This document shows, one piece after another, positions 17,968 to 28,700 of a DNA stretch of 64,000 nt. The DNA is taken from contig JAEZTB010000059.1 of the NCBI GenBank assembly GCA_023443745.1, forward strand, positions 11,998 through 75,997, written 5' to 3'. A program made the position numbers and the translations under genes. The notes beneath the pieces are model-generated. The model was not told where the DNA came from and ran no database searches. It saw only the letters and a list, made by a program, of their open reading frames with translations. The first letter of the stretch is position 1, and each line of letters starts with the position of its first letter. Origin of the DNA: Bacillota bacterium. GTDB taxonomy: Bacteria; Bacillota; Clostridia; DSM-8532.

Positions 17968-17993
17968 AGCAAGCCGTCATTGGACGGCTTGCT
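17968..17993. other. GC-rich stem-loop between convergent genes (no canonical U-tract on either strand)
   Basis: agcaagccgtc / gacggcttgct 11-bp stem with a 4-nt loop. The T-run lies 5' of the stem on the plus strand. Confidence 0.4.
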
Positions 17994-18045
17994 TCGTAGG
18001 GGCGGCCATCGCCTTATACCGTATGGCTGTCGAAGGCTCAACGTG

Positions 18046-18795
18046 CTAATTTAATTCTTTTAATCCCAGTTTGGTGTACTCGTAATGCTTGGGTTGGTTA
18101 GGCAGGTCTTTAAAGTATGCTTCAAATACTTTTCCGTCTGTTTCAGCAAGGTAAACGGTTATCGCATTCAATGCTTCATTTAAATTGGTAACTGTAAAAC
18201 TGCCATTTTCATATTTATAAATATCGGCAAACGATGCAGCGCCAAGGGAAGTCGAAGCAACGATCTCCTGGATACCATCACCACCCAAATCTACTTCTTT
18301 TGTATATCCTTCTGAATGTAGAAATACTTGGGGTACTTGATTTTCTATGAAATAATAATTTGTTGTTGCATAGTTTGCACCGAGAAAACCCCTAATTTTC
18401 ACTAATTGCTTACCGTATAGCTCTAATTCTTCAATGGAGTAAAAGTCGGTACTGTTCTTATCTCCCATCATGGACACTATTCCGAAATCATAGATTTTCT
18501 TATCAATAATGACACCGCTATGTAAGTTTTCCGTATCGTCTTTTACGGTAAAAATGATATACTTATTACCCTCAATCTCATATTGCTTGAATATCTTTAC
18601 AATTACGTCCTCTGATATATTGACGGTATTATCTTCTACTGTGACGGATTTAAACTTTAAAGATATTGCTTTTTGTTCTTGTGTAATGGGAGGAATAGAT
18701 TTCGCCTCTGATTTAACTCCTTGCCCGCAGGCTATAATAGAGAAAATAACTACTGAACTTATAGCAATTACTCCTAATAGTATTTTTGCTTTCAT
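18046..18795 (-). CDS. Hypothetical lipoprotein
   Basis: ATG at 18795 has GGAGG about 11 nt upstream and gives MKAKILLGVIAISSVVIFSIIACG (lipobox). The longer ORF-track start at 18894 would overlap the kinase gene. One FG-GAP/VCBS-like DLGGDG motif. Confidence 0.7.
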   Translation of the reverse strand: MKAKILLGVIAISSVVIFSIIACGQGVKSEAKSIPPITQEQKAISLKFKSVTVEDNTVNISEDVIVKIFKQYEIEGNKYIIFTVKDDTENLHSGVIIDKKIYDFGIVSMMGDKNSTDFYSIEELELYGKQLVKIRGFLGANYATTNYYFIENQVPQVFLHSEGYTKEVDLGGDGIQEIVASTSLGAASFADIYKYENGSFTVTNLNEALNAITVYLAETDGKVFEAYFKDLPNQPKHYEYTKLGLKELN

Positions 18796-18890
18796 ACTTT
18801 TGTATCGCCTCCATTTATTGGGCTTTATGAGCATATCATTATTATAATGTATGGTAGACATAAAAATGTTTAAGAAATTATTACTTTCTA

Positions 18891-20639
18891 TCATTCATTT
18901 ATTGGCAGTACAAAATAGACTACGGTGCCTTTTCCCGGCTTGCTTCTCAGCTTTAAGCCGAACTGAGTGCCATATTTCAACTTGAGCCTATCATCAACAT
19001 TTTTCAAGCCAAGATGTTCATTATTGGGAAAGGCGGAATCTTTCAACTGACTCCGCAGTATTTCAAGCCTCTCCTTTGAAATTCCGCGTCCATTATCCGT
19101 CACTTTAGCGAGAAGAAAGCCCTTCACCTTTTTAATGCTGATGCGAATCCTCCCGCCTTCCTTTGTATCGCTCATACCATGGTTAATGGCATTTTCAACC
19201 AACGGTTGTATTAACAGCTTATGGACCTTAATGGATAAAAGCGAAGGATCAACCCGAAAAGTAAAGGATATGCGATCAGGGTCCATCATCTGGTAAATGG
19301 CGATATAGGTTTTCAGATTATCCAGGTCTTCCCGAATGGTAACCGGCGTATAGCTGTTTGTCGTGATATAGCGAAGATTGGAGGCCATAGACAACAGTAT
19401 CTTTGAAATTGTGTTGCCTTCACCTAAAAGATCGATGGCCTCCCAATTGATGGTCTCCAGTAAATTATACAAAAAATGCGGGTTTATTTGTGATTGTAAA
19501 GCCAGAAGGCTGCTTTCCTTCTGCAGTGCGATTTCTTCGGAAAGCTTTTTCTCTACTTCCTGCTTTTTAATGAACGTTTGCAGAAGATTGTAAATAATAT
19601 ATCCATATTCATTATTCAATGAAGCTTTGACATGATGGATAGTGTTGTGCTCGTTGTATTCATTGATCATATGCAGCATGAGCTTGACTGGCCGGTAATT
19701 GTTAATGGTGACGAAAAGCGTAAGAAATAGACAAACAGAGAGCAGGATACAGGAAAAGACAACGGTTGTCTTAATCATACCGTTCAGCTGACTTAAAACA
19801 ATCGAGAGGGGAACCGCCGAAATATAGGTCCAGTTAAAATATCTTGAGTTTACAATCGATACAAGAAAATCTTCTTTCGAAGTTGATTTCACCATCCTCT
19901 GAGTATCCGCTACGCGAATATCATCAAATGACACATAGGTTTCGGCGTTGGAACTGGTGTTGCTATAAATTTGAGTATTTTGGTCATCTAATATGTAAAT
20001 ATCCTTTTCATTAATCATTAAGAAATTGGAAAACATGGAGTCAAAGTATTTTCGGTCGAAACTGACTACCATGACGCCTTTATTGGTATTTTCCCACTGA
20101 AGGATGGGAACCCGTCGAAAGAGAAAAATGGTATTTTCCCCCAGGCTATCCGCCCAGATATTAATATTGGGATCCTGATTCTGGTAGGCCTCAATCCAGC
20201 TGGTTTCTCTGAGGTTGTCAATTTTGCGTACACCTTCATTGGTAAAGACAATGTCCGGCCTTTTTTCGAGATATAAATAGGCTGACTTAACGTAGGGCTT
20301 CGCCAAAAGAGCACGAGAAGTGTTATTCCAAACATTATTCAGATAGAGAAGATGAGTTGCGGATATTTTGGTGTCTGCCTGATTCAGACTATCCAATGCC
20401 GTCGTAAAGTTTGAATCAAACTCCAGCAGGGCCATAATCTGAGTGGTATCGCTCAATAAATTATCACAGCTTTGGGCAGCTAATGAAAGCATGGTCGTAT
20501 CCGATTCATAGGCTTGATCCTTTGTCTTATCTATCCACAGATAGGTGAGAAAAAAACTGGACACTACATAGGGAACAACAACACAGAGAAACATAATGCC
20601 CAAATTGGTTATAAAAGATCGCTTCGTGAAATATTTCAT
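18891..20639 (-). CDS. YesM-type sensor histidine kinase (two TM segments flanking an extracytoplasmic domain)
   Basis: H-box region QINPHFLYNLLETI, HATPase motifs LVENAINHG, DNGRGI, GLKNVDDRL. Confidence 0.9.
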   Translation of the reverse strand: MKYFTKRSFITNLGIMFLCVVVPYVVSSFFLTYLWIDKTKDQAYESDTTMLSLAAQSCDNLLSDTTQIMALLEFDSNFTTALDSLNQADTKISATHLLYLNNVWNNTSRALLAKPYVKSAYLYLEKRPDIVFTNEGVRKIDNLRETSWIEAYQNQDPNINIWADSLGENTIFLFRRVPILQWENTNKGVMVVSFDRKYFDSMFSNFLMINEKDIYILDDQNTQIYSNTSSNAETYVSFDDIRVADTQRMVKSTSKEDFLVSIVNSRYFNWTYISAVPLSIVLSQLNGMIKTTVVFSCILLSVCLFLTLFVTINNYRPVKLMLHMINEYNEHNTIHHVKASLNNEYGYIIYNLLQTFIKKQEVEKKLSEEIALQKESSLLALQSQINPHFLYNLLETINWEAIDLLGEGNTISKILLSMASNLRYITTNSYTPVTIREDLDNLKTYIAIYQMMDPDRISFTFRVDPSLLSIKVHKLLIQPLVENAINHGMSDTKEGGRIRISIKKVKGFLLAKVTDNGRGISKERLEILRSQLKDSAFPNNEHLGLKNVDDRLKLKYGTQFGLKLRSKPGKGTVVYFVLPINE

Positions 20640-20651
20640 GCTTAACTTCTT

Positions 20652-22244
20652 TCATTTTTGAAAAACGCTTTTTTTATAGTTAAGAGGCGTAACCCCAACC
20701 TGCCCTTTAAAAACCATGGAAAAATGCTTTGTGCTCTTATAACCCACTACTTCAGCGACTTCATAGACTTTGATACTCGTATTGGCCAGCAATTCTTTTG
20801 CTTTATTAATACGAACCGAGGTAAGGTATTCGACGAAATTATATCCCGTACTTTTTTTAAAGATTTTACTGATATAACTCGGGCTTAAATGAACAATCTC
20901 TGACGCGGAATATAGGCTAATGTCATCCTTATAGTGATCTTCAATATAACGTTTTATTTGGTCAACCAACTTGTAGGAAAAAGATGTCCTGGATTTCTCC
21001 AGTGAGGCAATAATTTGAGTGATACAGTCTTTCAGCGCAGTTCCTATTTCATCAACGCTTTGCAGCTTTTGTGCATTTTTGATCATCTGGGAGCCCCAAA
21101 TTTCAGATAATTGCAAATTATAATAGGTGATATGCTGCTCAACTGCAAAGAGCAGACGCATAAACAAGTCCTGAAAATAGTCTATTGGCGCTGTGCCGGA
21201 GTGAGAAAACAGCCTGTCAACAAGATTAAACGCTTTTATTTCTTCGCACGAGCTGATATAGGCAAGCAGTTGGTGGGTAGCTTCCTTAATATAGGAGGAA
21301 TCCCACAGAGGAAGCGCTTCCTCAACGGAATTTTCCTCTGCCCCATCCGCTGGATGTTTAGCCGTATTGACGTCCTTTGATAATTGGTGTATTTGATTAT
21401 AGCATTCTGCTACACCCTCAAGATTTGTAGTTGCACCAGAAATGACCATTAAGATTTCCAGGTTTAAGATTTGGGCACAGTTAATATGCAACTGATCCAC
21501 GGCCTGTCGTAAAAGCTGTGGGTCGTTGTAATTGAAAAGGATGTTAATGCTGTAACCATTCATGCGGTAGGTGTAAAAGACTATTTCATAGGCTTTAAAA
21601 TGCATAGTGATAAAGTTTGTCAAGAGGTCCAGAAGATAAGCATCATCGTATTGCTTGCTAGCTGGTTTTTTATTGAGCTCGCATGCTGCGACACAATAAA
21701 ATGTATAGGGGAAAACAATTCGATTTTCTTCAAGAAAATTCTTAAATGAAGTATCATTCCGAACAGTGCCATAGGAAATATCAATACAAAGCTGTTCTAT
21801 CAACAATTGAACCGTTTGGTTATACCGCTTCTCTATTTCGGTTATCCGATTTACAGCTTTTCGTTCTTGTTCCAGACGATTATAGACATCGGACAAAACT
21901 ACTCTAAATTGTACTAAATCCGTAGGTTTGGTCAGATAGTGCTTTACCCCGTACTGAATGGCTTGCTGGGCATATTCAAAATCACTGAATCCGCTTAAAA
22001 CAAGGATGACCGTTTTAGGATACATGGCCGATACCTTCTGAGAAAGCTCAAGCCCGGAACCACCGGGCATACGAATATCCGTAATGAGAACATCTACACG
22101 TTGTCTGGAGAAAAGAGACAGCGCTGATGCAACGCTATCCGCTTGTTCAGGAGTAACAAACCCCATATCATTCCAGTTTATACTATTGATTAGGCCTGAT
22201 CGGATGCGTCTATCATCGTCAACAATCAAAACTGAATAGTGCAT
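20652..22244 (-). CDS. YesN-type response regulator (REC plus AraC-family HTH)
   Basis: REC: VLIVDDD...VDVLITDIRMPG. C-terminal AraC HTH pair (VHLSPSYISKIFKK, VGYKSTKHFSMVFK). Confidence 0.9.
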   Translation of the reverse strand: MHYSVLIVDDDRRIRSGLINSINWNDMGFVTPEQADSVASALSLFSRQRVDVLITDIRMPGGSGLELSQKVSAMYPKTVILVLSGFSDFEYAQQAIQYGVKHYLTKPTDLVQFRVVLSDVYNRLEQERKAVNRITEIEKRYNQTVQLLIEQLCIDISYGTVRNDTSFKNFLEENRIVFPYTFYCVAACELNKKPASKQYDDAYLLDLLTNFITMHFKAYEIVFYTYRMNGYSINILFNYNDPQLLRQAVDQLHINCAQILNLEILMVISGATTNLEGVAECYNQIHQLSKDVNTAKHPADGAEENSVEEALPLWDSSYIKEATHQLLAYISSCEEIKAFNLVDRLFSHSGTAPIDYFQDLFMRLLFAVEQHITYYNLQLSEIWGSQMIKNAQKLQSVDEIGTALKDCITQIIASLEKSRTSFSYKLVDQIKRYIEDHYKDDISLYSASEIVHLSPSYISKIFKKSTGYNFVEYLTSVRINKAKELLANTSIKVYEVAEVVGYKSTKHFSMVFKGQVGVTPLNYKKSVFQK

Positions 22245-22458
22245 ATTTGTTTCAGGACTCCTCCTGTAGCATTAATCACAGTGCGCCAATTCTCGTTTCA
22301 TGGTTGATATAGAGTACAAAACAAATAGGGATTTTGAACCTGCATGTACCTATTATTACGAAGTATTATACCATATGAACTCCTGTGGGTGAATCTCTAC
22401 CCTCGCTTTTCGATTTGGCGTCAACACTTTGGGCCCCTGGCCAGCTTTGCAGCCTCAT

Positions 22459-24642
22459 TCATGGATAAACTCTGATTTCAAACACCTGAGCAAAATCACT
22501 GCCATGGGTTTGGTTAAAATCCACCCTGATACAATCGGTTTTCAGTTTTGTATTCAAAGCAAATTGCCGTAATATGTGATGATCCACGTTAGCAACTTCC
22601 ACAAAGCGGCCATCCGCTCCCCTTGCTTTCAACGAAAAGCTCTTGACCAATTCACCGGGCATCTCATTCCAGCCGTTTTTATAGTAATCCGGTCTAAGGG
22701 GGTTGTAATCTCTGTTAAAGTCCGGATTGAACAAGAGTTGGATTTGACTGATGCTTTTCACCCTATCAAAAGAGAGTTCAATCCATGCCTCACTCTTACT
22801 TAGGCTGTTCGATATCCAAATATTGGGTTGCTTATCCGGGCGGGTCATTCCGTTAATGACGTTCTGGGGTGAGAAAAATACCGGTTCGGGGTCCAGCCTG
22901 AAGCATGGATGAAACAGCCTCATATCTTTAATCGAACCAATGGAACCTATAACACCGCAGCAGGATTCCTTTGCCACACCGATACAGGCACCCTTCTGGG
23001 CCATTATTTTTATAATGACATGCTGTGTTCCATCCAGCAAAAGATGACAGGGGAATGACACCCAATCCATGCCCTCACCATAGTCAGCCCTGAAAGCCCC
23101 CCTGCTTTGGAGCCCTTTATAAGCCTGGCGAGCATCAGCGGTATACACTTCAATCTCTGCCTTGCTGCCGGCTTCTCCGTTCATCATAAGCTGCAATGTA
23201 TTCAATTTTTCAAGGGCCGGCATTAAAATGTACAGGTCCTCATCCAACGCCACTTTGCCGCTCCTTAATTCCGATGAAAAGCTGCGATAGCCTGATGCGG
23301 CCACAGTTGATTCCCCGGCTATATCCTCCCTATCCGGATTCTCCAATCCATGCAGCCAAACATCCCGTTTAGCAAGAAGCAGTTGTACGCTTTTTATTTC
23401 ATAGGCCAGAAGCTGATAGGGCAGCTTCTCAGCCTGTATGGCAAAAGCTGCAGCAGTTCCGGCCGCCTGACCTGTCAGGGCACAGGTTTTCATAACACGC
23501 GTCGAAGCAAAAGCCATGTGGCTTGCGCTGATGTTTCTTCCAGCAAGCATCAGGTTCTTAATATCCTTGGAATACAGACATCTCAACGGAATCTGATAAA
23601 TTCCGGTCGGTGTCTGGTGACAAGACTTTTTGACGGAATAAATACCCTCCTCGGGATGAACGTCAATAGGCCATCCTCCGCTGCAGACAGCATCATCAAA
23701 GTTCTGATGCTGCAGGATATGATTTTGTGTTAATACCAGATCCCCTATAAACCTTCTGGACTCACGCTTGCCGGGAATGCTTCCCACCCACTCCAGGGTT
23801 AGTTTCTCAGCGCTGAATTCACCGCTGTTTTTGATGTAGTTCCACAGGCCAAAAACAAGCCTTTGAAGCTCTTCCTTGATGCTTTCGTTATCGTTGATGG
23901 TATTCCTGACGCCCCCATACTCAATCCACCATAAATCGCAGCCATTGTCGGTTATCTTGATAGACTTGTTTGTGCGTTTCATCAAATCCTTGATATATTC
24001 TAGCGGATAGGCAAAATCAGGGGGGATAAACTTAACCGGCTCGTCGGTGTTCCGAACATAGAAGAATAGCGTGCTTCCCAATGTGTAAGCCTGGGGCTGT
24101 TCAGGCGCCAGATCCTCATCAAAAGTCTCCTGGCCTTCCTTGCCTTGCATGTAGGATGCTCCAGCCCAATAGCCGATAGAGCCATCCCCCGTACAGTCCA
24201 TGTATAGCTTGGATTGAAAAATCAGCTTTATTTCTGATGCGGACTGATACGCGGTTAAGGAAGATATTTCGTTCTCCTGCTTTTCCACCTCTTGAACAGA
24301 GGTGTTCAAAAACAGTTCAATCTTTTTCTCACGCTTAACAACATCCAGCAGCAAAGCGTCCCATAGATAGGGATTTCCCTCCGGATTCCGGTAAAGGTTC
24401 TCCAGATCAATCTCTCCGATAATACCGCTTTCAGCGGCAAAGCGATTATTCCCCATAGCGTTTGAGCCAACGGCCCACACACGGATTTCACTGCTTGAAT
24501 TTCCGCCCAGAACTGGTCTGTCTTGAACCAGGGCCACATCAATACCTTCCCTGGCAGCCGCTACCGCTGCGCATACCCCTGCCAGTCCTCCGCCGACTAT
24601 TGTCAAATCCTTATTAACGAACAACGCCTTCCGATTTTCCAT
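22459..24642 (-). CDS. FAD-dependent oxidoreductase (PF12831-like) with C-terminal discoidin/CBM32-like domain
   Basis: N-terminal Rossmann motif LTIVGGGLAGVCAAVAAAREG...GGNSSSE and no signal peptide. C-terminal ~140 aa are jelly-roll-like and end in FEIRVYP. ATG at 24642 follows AGGGGTGGG; the alternative GTG at 24651 is the ORF-track start. Confidence 0.75.
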   Translation of the reverse strand: MENRKALFVNKDLTIVGGGLAGVCAAVAAAREGIDVALVQDRPVLGGNSSSEIRVWAVGSNAMGNNRFAAESGIIGEIDLENLYRNPEGNPYLWDALLLDVVKREKKIELFLNTSVQEVEKQENEISSLTAYQSASEIKLIFQSKLYMDCTGDGSIGYWAGASYMQGKEGQETFDEDLAPEQPQAYTLGSTLFFYVRNTDEPVKFIPPDFAYPLEYIKDLMKRTNKSIKITDNGCDLWWIEYGGVRNTINDNESIKEELQRLVFGLWNYIKNSGEFSAEKLTLEWVGSIPGKRESRRFIGDLVLTQNHILQHQNFDDAVCSGGWPIDVHPEEGIYSVKKSCHQTPTGIYQIPLRCLYSKDIKNLMLAGRNISASHMAFASTRVMKTCALTGQAAGTAAAFAIQAEKLPYQLLAYEIKSVQLLLAKRDVWLHGLENPDREDIAGESTVAASGYRSFSSELRSGKVALDEDLYILMPALEKLNTLQLMMNGEAGSKAEIEVYTADARQAYKGLQSRGAFRADYGEGMDWVSFPCHLLLDGTQHVIIKIMAQKGACIGVAKESCCGVIGSIGSIKDMRLFHPCFRLDPEPVFFSPQNVINGMTRPDKQPNIWISNSLSKSEAWIELSFDRVKSISQIQLLFNPDFNRDYNPLRPDYYKNGWNEMPGELVKSFSLKARGADGRFVEVANVDHHILRQFALNTKLKTDCIRVDFNQTHGSDFAQVFEIRVYP

Positions 24643-24653
24643 TGATCCCACCC

Positions 24654-25565
24654 CTATTCAGTACATTTGAGAATGCTGGATATCCTGTCATATGCATCCT
24701 TGTCCGGTTTGTCGTCAAACTGCGAAACATGGGCTTCACCGATACCCATTGTCTCCAATGCAATTTTTATGCTGTAGGCAAAATTGGAGAAGCTTGCAGC
24801 GGAACCGCCTCGGACTGATGAGAACATACCGCAAAGCTTGTCGACTTTTTTCTGCAAGTGCATTAAAGCGTCCATATCCTTTTTCTGTCCCAGTCTTCTC
24901 ATTTCTAAAAACAATTCGGGTTTAACGGAGGCCAAAGCATATACGAAATTAGTCTCCAACATGGCAGCATAAGCTGCAACACCTTCAGCTCCCGCATAGT
25001 ACAAAAAGTTTGGATAACTCTTACAGTAGCGCATTAACCGCATCATCCTTACGGTATCGGCACTGGTATCCTTAATGCCAATGATATTGGGATGCTTACT
25101 CAACTGGATAACCAATTCCTCCCCTAATTCATTGGGGAGTCTGCTGGGCTGATTATACACTAAAAGAGGGAGGGGGCTTGCTTCCGAGGCCTCAGTAAAA
25201 AAGTGATACAACTCATTTTGTGTATACTTATAATAATAAGGTGCTGTCAATACCAGTGCATCCACTGACTTTGAGGCCATGATGCGGATATTCTCCTTAA
25301 CTGTATCCAAGCAAGCATCGCTAACCATGACCATTAGCGGAAGTCTACCGCCAATCTGCTCTGCTGCTGTCTCCACAAACTGCTCACGTTTTTTTTGTGA
25401 TAGGGTGAAATATTCCCCGGTAGATGAAAGCAAAAACACACCATTCAATTGGGATGATACATAATGTTCCATGAGTGCTCTTGTAGCTTTCTCATCAATT
25501 TCCCCGCCTGAGTCAAACAGGGTGGGAGCTGCTGCAATAACACCTTCAAAGCGTTTCAGAACCAT
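24654..25565 (-). CDS. DapA/NanA-family class I aldolase (N-acetylneuraminate-lyase-like)
   Basis: SSTGEY (GxxGE-type), VYNQP (Tyr motif) and GIKDTS (Schiff-base Lys) motifs in the expected order. Confidence 0.8.
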   Translation of the reverse strand: MVLKRFEGVIAAAPTLFDSGGEIDEKATRALMEHYVSSQLNGVFLLSSTGEYFTLSQKKREQFVETAAEQIGGRLPLMVMVSDACLDTVKENIRIMASKSVDALVLTAPYYYKYTQNELYHFFTEASEASPLPLLVYNQPSRLPNELGEELVIQLSKHPNIIGIKDTSADTVRMMRLMRYCKSYPNFLYYAGAEGVAAYAAMLETNFVYALASVKPELFLEMRRLGQKKDMDALMHLQKKVDKLCGMFSSVRGGSAASFSNFAYSIKIALETMGIGEAHVSQFDDKPDKDAYDRISSILKCTE

Positions 25566-25706
25566 TGAACAAATACTCCTTTTTTATTCTCATTTTTCAC
25601 GGGGCTGCCCCGCTTGTTTTACAAAAGCAGGGCAGCAGCTCTGCACAAGCTGAACGAATTCAATATTTTTCTAAAATTGCATTATAAAGAATCTAAGGCG
25701 GCAACA

Positions 25707-28700
25707 TCAATCGGCAACACTTGTTTCTAGAAGAACCGTATTACTGTCAGACGTATTGTATTGGTCCGAAGCCCTTACTTTAAACTCATAAGAGGTTGCA
25801 TCCGCATGGCCGTCCACTGTCATGATGTACTGGGCCGGATTGTTCTTAAATGCATTGTTAGCGGTGGTAGTGTAGTATTCAGGCACCGTTGAATCGTGGC
25901 CTTTGCCCACAACGATTTGAAGTTCTACACTTCCGCCCAGTGCCGTCACATCGTCCTTAAGCTTTTGCGAATTGGATTCTACCGGAACCGCTGTATCAAC
26001 GCTTCCATGGGATAAATAAATCCTGTGGTTCACAAGGGCTTCGGGGTAATGAGACGGGTTGACCGAGGCTACAGCCGCCACATAATCATTATAATTGCTG
26101 ACACCCCATGCTGCCTGTGCAGAGGTTCCTGTAAAGGAAGTCATATCATACACCGGATAGGTGCCTACCATAAAGTCAACTTTTTCAGGATACTCCTTTA
26201 TCATTCTGTAAGCCAGGGTTCCACCAGCCGAATACGCGTACAGAACAGCTTTCTGATCGACCTGATAATTTTCCTGCATATACGTATACAAAAGATTCAA
26301 ATTATAGAATCCGTCGTCGGTGCCCCATGCATCCTGACCGTTTGACAAAGCCACGAATATATAGCCGTACTTCAGTGCCAGATCTTTGATGTTTTTATAC
26401 ATAGGGTGGTCTCTGAATACCAGAGCACTGCCTCCGCTGCCGTGTACACCGAATACTACAGGTAAGGTGACACCCTGGGGAATGTTTTTGGGCATTACCA
26501 AGTAGACCTCTCCTTGATTGGCGTAATTAACCCTTACACCAGGCAGGGTAAATACGGTTTCCTCAACGTTACTGAAATCCACCTTGCCCAGTGAGTCATT
26601 ATTTTGAAATACTTCATAAGATAGAACTGTTGTATCGTCAGAAGCTGCGTACCAGCTAAGATCCGCTCCTGTTTCCGTGATATTCTGGATCACCAGGCTA
26701 TTTTCATTCCACACAGGAGGATTGGTGTCGACAGGGCTCATACGTTCCAGTTCCTGCCAGGCATATTCCAGCCTGATAACATCGGGTTTGGCTGAATTAA
26801 CTGCGCAGTAGGTAATGGCATTAAAGTACTCCATGCCGTTCTTTGTCTTAAAGTAAGGCTCTGCATAGAAACCGTCACCATTTGTGGAGTCCAGAATAAT
26901 GCAGTTGACTGGGAGAAGGGTTTCCATATCGAACTTATGCAATACCAGCTTCATGCCACTGGTGTTGCTGGGATAACCGCGCATGAGGACATAATACTCT
27001 CCATCCTTGATAAACAGCTTTGGCCGTCCCGAAGCATTGATACAGTCAACATTTCCGCTGAGAACCCGGCTCTTTTCCACATTCATGTTGATATCGGTAA
27101 TATAGATTCTGGTGGATTGTGCATCTCCGCGCGTAAATACTACAAAGCCGTCTTCATAGGGTTCAAAGGTGCTCTCGTTAAACGCATATCCAAATTCTTC
27201 GTTGAGGTTTTTGAGATGCATCCATGTTTCACCATTGTCGTCAGAGTAAATCATGTGGACGCTTCTGCCCGGACTGGCCAATGCATTGTCGAACTCAGGG
27301 AAAGTCATAGCCAACATGTAGATACGATCGCCGATGATAGCATCATCAAATGTGTAGCCATATTCAATACCGGTATTATCCTTCAGAGACTCTCTCACGA
27401 CATTCCAGGTGCGGCCATTGTCGGTGGAACGGTATTCCTTAATCTTTGTACGCTGCCTGCCGCTGCTGGTTGTTCTTTGTATATCGTTATAAATAACCAT
27501 GTCTCCATTTGGCATTCTCAGCACTTCTGGGTTCTGAGCATTCTCGGACACCTCATCATCAATGACAAACCGGCTAACCACTGTTTCAGAAGCATTGTTA
27601 TAGATAATGGCTTCCATATCGCCGTCATCATTCATGTGAGAGTAACCCTGCTTATATACGATAAAAACTTCATCGTTGTCCATCTCAATAATGGAAGGAA
27701 AAGCCGAATAGGTCTGACCTGGCTTGGCAAGGCCAGTATTGCTGTCAGCATCATAGAGCATCTGCAAATTCTTATATACCGGTGTATATCTCGGGATGTC
27801 GTTTACCTGCTCGGGTGCTTCAGGAACATCCACATCATCGATATACATATTGCCGATCGTTGCGCCGGTCGTACCGAACATCAAATACTCAATGGCCGTA
27901 ATACCGCTATGACGGAAGGACGCGTTTGAAATCTTTTCTGTGCCATTGATGCTGACGCTGAATTTTTGAGCTGCCAGATCCACAGTCATCTCAACATCGT
28001 ACCAGGTATTGACTTCATAATCCGCAAGTTGAACTTCAGTGGAACCGTTATAAACAGATAGCTTGCCAGTACCCCGTGCAATGAAGGACACCCCTAGCTT
28101 ACTGGCGTCGACGGTTTCCATCAAATTAACAGTATAAACATCCTTGGTCATATACCTCACCCGGAACTTTGCCGTGAAACTGCCCTTCTGGGCTATAAAA
28201 TTCACCATGCTTCTTGCATTAGAACTATTGCTGCTATCTTCAATAAACATGACCTTGTTGCCGGAATTTTCCGGATCAGCAGCAACTTTAACCTTACCTA
28301 AAACAGTACCGTTTTCCACCCAGGGATAACCGGGCATTGTGCCAACTGCTTCATCTTCAAAGGTATAGCGGGCAGTGGAGGGTTCGTTCTCAGAAACCGG
28401 TTGATAAATGTGTACATCGTCTACATAAAACTTGCCGCTAGTCGTTGCACTGGTATTATTGAAAGACAAGCAATTTAACTTAACAATGGGCCCGCCGGAG
28501 GCAGCATTGGCAAAATTGGCAGGTTCACTGCCATTTACCTTTACGCCATCAATATACAGATCATATTTACCGGACGCTATGTCGGCCTCAATTTTTGCGT
28601 TGTACCATTTATTGAGTTCATACTTATCGTTAGCCGCTCCGGATATAAACTTGACTGCATTGGAGCCATTGTTATATTCCAGAGAACCTGTTGCCCGTGC

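Noticed and set aside
17968-17993. Treating this hairpin and the ones at 29172-29205, 43083-43118 and 44342-44362 as canonical rho-independent terminators
   Set aside because: None is followed by a U-tract on the strand of the upstream gene. They are reported only as stem-loops with a possible RNA-stability role.
24643-24651. Longer ORF-track N-termini using TTG/GTG or upstream ATG starts (24651, 29135, 32771, 41989, 45491, 50012, 56973, 60413, 18894, 13735)
   Set aside because: In each case a downstream ATG has a properly spaced GGAGG-like RBS. It also gives a sensible signal peptide or N-terminus, or removes an implausible overlap. The longer forms cannot be excluded without N-terminal proteomics.
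26937-27929. 330-aa plus-strand ORF
   Set aside because: It lies entirely antisense within the well-supported 1136-aa propeller gene. It has no RBS and an odd composition rich in I, H and C, and it carries no recognisable motif. It is a shadow ORF.
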